Shown piece by piece: positions 18,248 to 26,804 of a stretch of DNA of 51,209 bases (position 1 is the first letter of the stretch; every line of letters begins with the position of its first letter). This stretch comes from Syntrophobacteria bacterium. Lineage in GTDB: Bacteria; Desulfobacterota; Syntrophobacteria; BM002. Below the pieces are notes generated by a model. That model was not told the origin of the DNA. It saw only the letters and a list, made by a program, of their open reading frames with translations, and did not search any database. The stretch is taken from contig JBFFBS010000002.1 in the NCBI GenBank assembly GCA_041560295.1, positions 1-51,209 of the forward strand. Direction: 5' to 3'. Both the position numbers and the translations under genes were made by a program.

Positions 18248-18946
18248 ATGGGTTACATCCTTCTAGAGGGCGGTGCCGAATTCGGTGGGGAGATGGAGGC
18301 TCCGGATCGACGGGCAATTGAACTGGCAGGCGGAGCCAATGTACCGATCGGTATTATTCCTGCGGCAGCAGCACCAGCGAACGACCATCTGAATGCCGGA
18401 GAGAACGGGGTAAACTGGTTTCGTTCTCTCGGCGCAAACGATGTCACCGCCCTACCCCTCATAGACAGAAAATCCGCAGATGGTCCGGACGTGGTCGAGG
18501 CCCTGAGAAGTGAAAAACTAATCTATATGCTGGGCGGCTCGCCTCAACATCTGGAGCAAACCCTGGCCGAGAGCGCTAGTTGGAAAGCGATGTTGCTGGC
18601 CTATGAGGAAGGGGCAGTCATTGGAGGCAGCAGCGCCGGAGCCATGGTGTTGGGTTCACACTACTATGACCCCTTTCGAGAGGAAGTATTGCCGGGACTG
18701 GGGCTTGTCTCCGGATGCTGCGTTCTACCGCACCATAACACCTTCGGCCAGAACTGGGCTTCCTTGTTGGCACATTTACTGCCGGACACAATTCTTATTG
18801 GGATCGATGAACGGACTGGAATGCTTGACGACGGCCCGGATGGCCGCTGGCAGGTGTACGGACAGGGGGAGGTGACGTTGTACAGGAGGGAAGAAATAGC
18901 CCGTATCGGTCCTGGTAGGCCATTTGGATTAGCAATAGAACGTTGA
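18248..18946 (+). CDS. Peptidase S51 / cyanophycinase-like (type 1 glutamine amidotransferase-like fold) protein
   Basis: GGSSAGAMVLG is the nucleophile-elbow motif. Size and IPAAA...YMLGGSP layout are typical of the S51 family. Confidence 0.7.
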   Translation: MGYILLEGGAEFGGEMEAPDRRAIELAGGANVPIGIIPAAAAPANDHLNAGENGVNWFRSLGANDVTALPLIDRKSADGPDVVEALRSEKLIYMLGGSPQHLEQTLAESASWKAMLLAYEEGAVIGGSSAGAMVLGSHYYDPFREEVLPGLGLVSGCCVLPHHNTFGQNWASLLAHLLPDTILIGIDERTGMLDDGPDGRWQVYGQGEVTLYRREEIARIGPGRPFGLAIER

Positions 18947-19150
18947 AACCGTTGAAGTCGTTCATTAGTTGATTGGAGAATTAGAAAATTAGTTAAAACC
19001 GCAGGATCGCGGCTGACCTTCGACAGGCTCAGGTCTGGGAAAGCCGCTCCCACAGTAGAATCTTTGTCTTCTGTTTTTTAAATCCGCAATCCGCAATCCG
19101 AAACCGGGAACCCGCCCGCAGGGTGGGAGTCCGCAGGACAATTCCGCAAT
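18947..19150 (+). repeat. Modular repeat block containing ~100-bp family D copy 1 and twin-hairpin motif
   Basis: GAAGTCGTT units; GATCGCGGCTGACCTTCGACAGGCTCAGGTCTGGGAAAGCCGCTCCCACAGTAGAATCTTTGTCTTCTGTTTTTTAAATCCGCAATCCGCAATCCGAAA (19004-19103); GGGAACCCGCCCGCAGGGTGGGAGTCCGCAGGACAA. Confidence 0.95.
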
Positions 19151-19153
19151 CTC

Positions 19154-20950
<1,797 letters not shown>

Positions 20951-21400
20951 GGTCCTCCGGTTCTAGAACGGGCGGCTCGAGCTTGCACCGGCGCCCGGTG
21001 TCGTCTCCCGGTAGCTCGGGTAAAAGGGAATTGGATCTGTTATTCAAGCGGCCCCATTGAAGCTCCCTGCCCCGCTTTAGCGGAACTAAAGCGGGACAGT
21101 CCGCCTGCGGCGGATTCGAAATGTAAGGAAGTGATTCCATCTTATTGTAGTTCGCTCGCTAACCCCGTCCGCCTCAGGCGGACTACGGGGAATGCGTTCG
21201 CCCTGTTGAATTTCCCGAAGGGAACCCTATTCAACGGGGCGAGCAGTAGCATTTTCAGCCACAGAATTTTCCACCCAGTGGATCGACCGGACTCGATTCC
21301 AGGGGCGAGTTGTTCATGTATCCCAATCGGGCGAGGAAGTCAATCCGGGTAACACCGGGAGTGTTCTCTTTATTCAAAATTGAAAACGTGGTCATCAGGG
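20951..21400 (-). other. Highly structured 450-nt region upstream of lepA (leader or unassigned ncRNA)
   Basis: No credible ORF. It is a chain of perfect hairpins, for example CGCCCTGTTGAAT..TTCCC-GAAG-GGGAA..ATTCAACGGGGCG, CCCCGTCCGCC-TCAG-GCGGAC-ACGGGG, CCCGCTTTAGC-GGAA-CTAAAGCGGG and CACCGG-CGC-CCGGTG. Confidence 0.35.
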
Positions 21401-21402
21401 CC

Positions 21403-21560
21403 AGATCAGGTCGCATAGGGCATAGCGCCTAACGCCTAGCGAAAAAAAAGAGTGAACGGTAAATGGTAAAGGGTGAACAGTCGCGGAGCTAGGGCATGAT
21501 CGGCTTACCGTTCACCGTTTGCTGTTTACCTCACGCTTTGCATCTGCGCTTAGCGCTTTG
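21403..21560 (+). repeat. ~160-bp repeat family C, copy 1 (left flank of the ExeA-like/vWA-FHA pair)
   Basis: CAGATCAGGTCGCATAGGGCATAGCGCCTAACGCCTAGCGAAAAAAAAGAGTGAACGGTAAATGGTAAAGGGTGAACAGTCGCGGAGCTAGGGCATGATCGGCTTACCGTTCACCGTTTGCTGTTTACCTCACGCTTTGC... More than 90% identical by eye to 25009-25170. Confidence 0.95.
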
Positions 21561-21941
21561 TTTATTGAACCGACAAAGTGGTAAATCTTTGCTCACAATC
21601 GATATTTTCTTACCAATATTTATCGCCTTTGCTTGAACTCTCTCAAGCTAAATATACAAAAACAAAAGAGATCTTTGATGCACCGAACAAGGCACGCTTT
21701 TTGTTTAACAAATCGGCCAGAACATTTCAAATCATGGCTTTGGTTGGGGTTAGCCGGATATTACATAAACCTGGAGTTGATGCGCTGTTTGCGTTTGATG
21801 CATATTTGTATCTAATCTATTTTACTATATAATTTGTAACGATATTAATAGTAAATCTCAGTATTTGTTTGGTGAATTGAGATATCAAACAGTAATGAAC
21901 TGAGAGGCTGCGCCTTCGTCAGTCTTTCGCTCGAGATACTC

Positions 21942-23531
21942 ATGTATCTTTCGCATTACAATTTGAGAGTAAAGCCCTTTCAGCTTTCTCCAGACCCCAA
22001 GTTTCTCTGGCTAGGCGAGCAGTATAAGGAGGCCCTTGCTGCTTTAGAATATGGAATACGTAGTACCAAGGGACTCATCCTGCTCACCGGTGATGTCGGC
22101 ACCGGCAAGACCACACTGGTAAATGCCACAATAAACCGGTGGAACCTCGACAGCGTTATCGCCTCCGTTTCTGATCCTCAAATGGAAATAATGGATTTCT
22201 ACAATTTTCTTGCTCACTCATTTAGGATGGAGAGGAGGTTCGAAAGTAAAGGTGATTTTTTAGTAAAGTTCAGCCACTTGGTATTCAAGATATATAAACA
22301 AGATAAAAGGTTATTGCTGATAATTGATGAAGCACAGAGATTAAATCATGAACTGCTTGAGGAAATACGTCATTTATCAAATATAGAAACACAAGACACC
22401 AAGCTTCTGACAATTATTTTAGCAGGACAAAACGAATTAAACTCCATCTTGAGACAGGATATCAATCGGGCTGTGCGGCAAAGGATCTCCCTCAATTATT
22501 ATCTCAAACCTTTGAGTAAAAACGACACCAGGGAATATATCAGACACCGTCTCAACATTGCCGGCACAGAGAAGAAGATCTTCAAAGCAGACACCCTGCC
22601 TGCAGTTATGTCTTTTTCGAAAGGCTACCCACGTCTGATAAATAGCATATGCGATCAGGCGCTGTTGACGGGCTATGTTAGAGGTGTGAAGCAAATCGAT
22701 GCGAAGATTATAAGAGAGTGCGCAGAAGAGCTCCGTTTGCCAACTGAAGAGGTACAGGAACCTTCGAAAATATCAAAATGGGTGGCAAAGACAGGAACCA
22801 ATAACATTGCCGTAACGAGACGGGGCATCATGAGAAGCTTTGCCTATGTTGTTTCGTCTGTGCTGCTATTTCTACTCTTCGGATATTTTTTTTACTCGGG
22901 AGGCCACATTAGGATTCTCAATAAATGGTCAGAGACAAGGTCAGACCCACCCATGGTGGAGGTCGGAAAAAGCAAGAATATCCAGGTTCAGGGTGCGGAA
23001 AAACCTGCCGACCCTGAGATCTATGAGGCCAAGCTCAGGGACAGTCCAATAGAGCAAGGGGGAAAAAGAGAATCTGCTTCGGGATATGTAAGACAACCAA
23101 TTGCAACGGCCGACAATGTCATTGCCGGTTCGAGCCGAGATGGCAGTCGACCAACACCTGTGGTCGAATCCAGGCGGTTTTCATTCCTACAAAATCGTAA
23201 ACTGGTCATATATTTTGGCTTTAACTCAAATCAGCTTTCGCATGCTGCCCTAAAAAACCTGGAGCAGCTTGCTGTAGCTCTGATTCAGAGACCTGAGATC
23301 AGAATAATAATCAAAGGTTTCACTGATCAGTACGGGATATACAGTTACAACAAGATGCTCTCCGAATCCCGGGCAAATGTGGTCAAAGGTTATCTCATCG
23401 GCAAGAGCATTGAACCCTCGAGAATTAAGACACTCGGGATAGGTCCGGCCGAGTCAAGCGGGGCGAATAAGGCGGCAAGATTGGCTCGTCGGGTTGAAAT
23501 TGAATTGGATACCACTACTCAGGAGAGGTGA
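21942..23531 (+). CDS. ExeA/GspA-like AAA+ ATPase with TM segment and C-terminal OmpA-like peptidoglycan-binding domain
   Basis: N-terminus YNLRVKPFQLSPDPKFLW...LTGDVGTGKTTL (Walker A), LLIIDEAQ (Walker B). TM FAYVVSSVLLFLLFGYFFY. C-terminus FGFNSNQL...GFTDQYG...SESRANVVKGYL...RRVEIEL. Confidence 0.8.
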   Translation: MYLSHYNLRVKPFQLSPDPKFLWLGEQYKEALAALEYGIRSTKGLILLTGDVGTGKTTLVNATINRWNLDSVIASVSDPQMEIMDFYNFLAHSFRMERRFESKGDFLVKFSHLVFKIYKQDKRLLLIIDEAQRLNHELLEEIRHLSNIETQDTKLLTIILAGQNELNSILRQDINRAVRQRISLNYYLKPLSKNDTREYIRHRLNIAGTEKKIFKADTLPAVMSFSKGYPRLINSICDQALLTGYVRGVKQIDAKIIRECAEELRLPTEEVQEPSKISKWVAKTGTNNIAVTRRGIMRSFAYVVSSVLLFLLFGYFFYSGGHIRILNKWSETRSDPPMVEVGKSKNIQVQGAEKPADPEIYEAKLRDSPIEQGGKRESASGYVRQPIATADNVIAGSSRDGSRPTPVVESRRFSFLQNRKLVIYFGFNSNQLSHAALKNLEQLAVALIQRPEIRIIIKGFTDQYGIYSYNKMLSESRANVVKGYLIGKSIEPSRIKTLGIGPAESSGANKAARLARRVEIELDTTTQER

Positions 23532-23597
23532 TTCGAACTTCCTGGTGCTCCTACAACCAGAAATCTCAGGTGCATGAACAGAGATAGGTGGTGACAA

Positions 23598-24974
23598 ATG
23601 AAAGAGACCAAGATCAAAAAAACAATTCTAGGTATGGTGATTACAGCTTTTATTCTGAGCTTGAGTTTGGGCGGCTTTAGAGTGACTGTGGTTTGCGCTA
23701 GCACGACGAGCACAGTTAGCAGTCCCACAGGAGAAGTACCCCAGGTGGAGTTGAAGCAAGCGCAACTAGACATTGTTTTTGTCCTCGACAACTCGGGGAG
23801 CATGCGAAACAACGACCCCAATTTCATTACCAAAGAGGTTGTAACCAATTTTTTAAGTGGGCTCGGTGAAAAATCACACCTGGGCATGGTCATTTTTGAT
23901 GAAACTGCAAAGCTCGTCGTACCGCTTACATCAATAGATGATGCTGAGGTGCGGGCCCGGTTTCTCGAGAGCCTAAATGTGATTAATTTCAAAGGCAAGT
24001 TTACCAACAGCCCCGCCGGAATCGAAAGAGCAATTTATGAACTCAAAACCAAAGGCCGACAACATACAGAAAAAATAATAATTTTTCTGACCGACGGCAT
24101 TGTGGATACAGGAAACAAGAGCCAGGATCTGGAAAAGGAAAATTGGCTGAAGGAGGATCTCACCCGGGAGAGCAAAAACGCGGGTATTCGTATTTTTGGT
24201 ATCGCCTTTACTGACGATGCCGATTTCCGCCTGATCCAAACACTGGCGGTCAGGACGGATGGTGAGTATTTCAGGGTATTCGAGGTAGCTGACCTTCAAG
24301 AGGTCTTTGCTAAGATCAAGCGAATTATCGCCGAACCACCCACCCAAGAAACAATTGTGTCCACCGCGGAAACGAATAGTCCAGCACCCATAGAAAGGCA
24401 GGAGGTATCGGTAAAACAGCGCCAGGTAGTACCCGAGGTGGCCAAAAAGCAAAAGAGTTCGCTTGTGGTGGTCCTCTCTGGAGCCATAGTTTTGTTGGCA
24501 TTAATCGTACTGATGCAGGTGGTGAGAAAAAGAAAGACCCAGGTCGCACAGCCTGCCATGGAGCAGAGGGCGGGTGGCAGAATTCTGCCTGCGAAACCTC
24601 GTCTGCCTCAAGCGGTCTTGATTGACGTCGGACAGGCTATTTCAACTGAATCCTTAACGTTGCCTTTAAACAAAGATACCCTGAGAATTGGCCGTGATGT
24701 TGGAAACGACATCGTGATCTCCAGGAAGACCATATCCAGCTTTCATGCAACAATTGCATACAAAGATGGTTATTTCTATATAGAAGATCTGAGGAGTACT
24801 AACGGCACACGCTTAAACGATGACAAGCTCAGGCATAATGAACCTGTGAGGCTGAAGAGCGGAGACAAGATCGATTTTTCCATCCATGAATTCAGATTCC
24901 TCATTCCCGATCAGACACCCCTTGGTGAAACAGTAACCGTGTCAGAAATGTCGAAGTTGCAAGCGCAGAAGTAG
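23598..24974 (+). CDS. Membrane protein with periplasmic vWA domain and cytoplasmic FHA domain
   Basis: Signal/TM ILGMVITAFILSLSLGG. vWA MIDAS DIVFVLDNSGSM and FLTDG. TM SLVVVLSGAIVLLALIVLMQVV. FHA LRIGRDVGNDIVISRKTISSFHATIAYKDGYFYIEDLRSTNGTRLN. GGTGGTG SD. Confidence 0.8.
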   Translation: MKETKIKKTILGMVITAFILSLSLGGFRVTVVCASTTSTVSSPTGEVPQVELKQAQLDIVFVLDNSGSMRNNDPNFITKEVVTNFLSGLGEKSHLGMVIFDETAKLVVPLTSIDDAEVRARFLESLNVINFKGKFTNSPAGIERAIYELKTKGRQHTEKIIIFLTDGIVDTGNKSQDLEKENWLKEDLTRESKNAGIRIFGIAFTDDADFRLIQTLAVRTDGEYFRVFEVADLQEVFAKIKRIIAEPPTQETIVSTAETNSPAPIERQEVSVKQRQVVPEVAKKQKSSLVVVLSGAIVLLALIVLMQVVRKRKTQVAQPAMEQRAGGRILPAKPRLPQAVLIDVGQAISTESLTLPLNKDTLRIGRDVGNDIVISRKTISSFHATIAYKDGYFYIEDLRSTNGTRLNDDKLRHNEPVRLKSGDKIDFSIHEFRFLIPDQTPLGETVTVSEMSKLQAQK

Positions 24975-25008
24975 CTTTGTTCAACATCGAAAGCCTGGTC
25001 CTTGGAGT

Positions 25009-25170
25009 CAGATCAGATCGCATAGGGCATAGCGCCTAGCGCCTAGCGAAAAAAAAGAGTGAACGGTAAATGGTAAAGGGTGAGCAGTCGCGGAGCCAGG
25101 GCATGATCGGCTTACCGTTCACCGTTTACTGTTTACCTCACGCTTTGCGCTCTGCGCTTGGCGCTTTGCG
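25009..25170 (+). repeat. ~160-bp repeat family C, copy 2 (right flank of the ExeA-like/vWA-FHA pair)
   Basis: Same sequence and orientation as 21403-21560. It starts 35 nt after the stop at 24974. Confidence 0.95.
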
Positions 25171-25369
25171 TCGAGGGGCAGTTCAAAGGCGGGTCCTTTG
25201 GGTCTGGATTCTTCACTATAAAAAACCCCCACTAGCTAGGGCCAATAGCAAATGGGGGTTAGAGTTCAAAGTAGGTATCAGACAAGGAGGTTGTCTGCCT
25301 TCAATTTCTTGAATTATCCTACTTGCCTAATAGATAATCACGCGACTGCCCATGTCAAGAGGATAAAGA

Positions 25370-25541
25370 AAAGAATTCAGTAGTAAGTAGTTAGGAGAAA
25401 GCGGTGAGCAGTAAACCGTTGAAGTCGTGTTTTGCAGGTTATAGGTCATGGGTTATAGGTCATAGGTTATCACCCATTACCCATCACCAATAACCTAAGT
25501 ATCCTTTCTCGTTTTTCCCGCCTTTCTCGCCTTTCTCGCCA
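25370..25541 (+). repeat. Modular repeat block containing palindrome family B copy 1
   Basis: AAAGAATTCAGTAGTAAGTAG, GTGAGCAGTAAAC, GAAGTCGTG, then CAGGTTATAGGTCATGGGTTATAGGTCATAGGTTATCACCCATTACCCATCACCAATAACCTAAG (25436-25500), then CCTTTCTCG x3. Confidence 0.95.
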
Positions 25542-25543
25542 GC

Positions 25544-25951
25544 TCAATTCGTTTCATTCTCATCTATGATCAACGTCTGCAAACTCTTCAACTTCCACTG
25601 GTCTATCTCCACCTTACCCCCTTGCAGGTGTTGGAGGACTTCTTTGGCTATAATCTGCCTGTCTTTACTAGCAATAGCCAGAAATCGAACACCCATGCCG
25701 CGAGGCGAAATCTTGTCATCAGGCCCATAGATGTTGGAGAAGACAACTTCCGCCCTGGCTTCAATGAGCCAGTCCGAATCTGGGACGTCAATAGTCATAT
25801 CGAAGACTTCGTTGAGTCGAAGTGGATTTCCACATCTAATGTACGCTCCACTCGGGCTCACATTTAAGGTTACTCCATCTCTGGAGCTGTCATCCGTGCT
25901 GATAAAAACAGGCCATTTAACGTTAGCTCTGGCGAAATGGCGATCGTCCAT
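25544..25951 (-). CDS. PilZ domain protein
   Basis: RHFAR (RxxxR) and NVSPSG (D/NxSxxG) motifs. GGAGG SD before ATG 25951. Confidence 0.7.
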   Translation of the reverse strand: MDDRHFARANVKWPVFISTDDSSRDGVTLNVSPSGAYIRCGNPLRLNEVFDMTIDVPDSDWLIEARAEVVFSNIYGPDDKISPRGMGVRFLAIASKDRQIIAKEVLQHLQGGKVEIDQWKLKSLQTLIIDENETN

Positions 25952-26139
25952 TTTTTGTCCTCCGAAACTCTACGCTAAGCATGGGTGCGCGTAAATTCTG
26001 AAATAATCGTGCCAATGTATATGGTTATGCATTTTCTTGTGAATTAACATATAGTTAGCGAAAATACCTAGATAAATCGACTCAGGAAAAATGGTAAATA
26101 AATGCCAAGTTTTGCCAAAAAAGGTAATTCTTAAAGGAA

Positions 26140-26390
26140 GCATAGGGCATGGGGCATGGAGCACAGGGTAAAACCAAAAATAAAAGAATTCAGGAGTCAG
26201 GAGACAGGAGTCAGTAGTTAAGGTTCAGGGTACAAGGTTCACGGTTCAGGATGCCTTCCTCTATGCTCTATGCTTTTTTCGCAACGGACCACGGACAACT
26301 GACAAAAAGCCTTCCGTTTTTCCCTGAGCCTTGCGCCTTGTGCCTTGCGCCTCTTCTCAATCCGCAATCCGCAATCTGAAATCGTCAATC
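26140..26390 (+). repeat. Modular repeat block
   Basis: Inverted GCATAGGGCATGGGGCATGGAGCA arm, AAAGAATTCAGGAGTCAGGAGACAGGAGTCAGTAG, GGTTCAG/GGTACAA units, CTCTATGCTCTATGC, CAACGGACCACGGACAACTGACA, GCGCCTT/GTGCCTT x4, AATCCGC x3. Confidence 0.95.
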
Positions 26391-26443
26391 AAAAGTGTTA
26401 CCTGAAATGTTCTTAAGTAGAGGATAAGATACGGGGGGCGAGT

Positions 26444-26665
26444 TTATTTTATTGGAGAGCGACGAACCCCTTTAATGGCTCTGCAGTCGTTTGGCTCCAG
26501 CCACTTAGGTAGATAGCTAATCCCGAGTGATTGAGCAAACTGGTATCGGGCACAGTCTAAGTATTCGCCATGACAGTATTTTTCGAGCAATTCAAATTCC
26601 ACGGACGCTGGGTTTATATCACTTCTGTAAAACCAGCATCCATTACATATCTCGCAGCGAGGCAT
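26444..26665 (-). CDS. Small Cys-rich hypothetical protein (73 aa)
   Basis: ATG 26665 (MPRCEICNGCWFY...YCHGEYLDCARY). The ORF-track start at 26689 is a GTG. No family recognised. Confidence 0.4.
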   Translation of the reverse strand: MPRCEICNGCWFYRSDINPASVEFELLEKYCHGEYLDCARYQFAQSLGISYLPKWLEPNDCRAIKGVRRSPIK

Positions 26666-26804
26666 GTCGTCATCCCTAACTCTTGGCACTCAAAGGTTAT
26701 AACTCCCACACAGTATTGAAAAAGGTGCAAGGGACATGCCTACTCCTGCTGCTCGAAAATGTTTTTAGAGAGTTTACAGGTATGTTTTGCTTCGAGCGCC
26801 GACT

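Noticed and set aside
21018-21034. Cobalamin-riboswitch-like GGGTAAAAGGGAATTGG
   Set aside because: There is no B12 box (GCCACTG) downstream and no + strand gene for about 900 nt. The resemblance is limited to the AAGGGAA core.
21283-21300. tRNA/tmRNA T-arm-like GGACTCGATTCC (either strand)
   Set aside because: The flanking bases do not form a T-stem or an acceptor stem. No cloverleaf can be drawn.
21333-21349. RNase P RNA-like string GAGGAAGTCAATCCGGG
   Set aside because: It is only a partial match to the GAGGAAAGUCCGGGC core. The other conserved RNase P regions are absent or in the wrong order on that strand.
21689-21706. sigma54-like AGGCACGCTTTTTGTTT upstream of the ExeA-like gene
   Set aside because: The -12 element reads GT instead of the near-invariant GC, and it lies about 240 nt from the start. 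This is too weak to list as a feature.
21403-25170. Calling the repeat-bracketed ExeA-like/vWA-FHA unit a transposon or genomic island
   Set aside because: There is no transposase or integrase, no recognisable target-site duplication and no tRNA anchor. The flanking repeats belong to the pervasive repeat background, so mobility is only a hypothesis (kept as a finding, not as a mobile_element feature).
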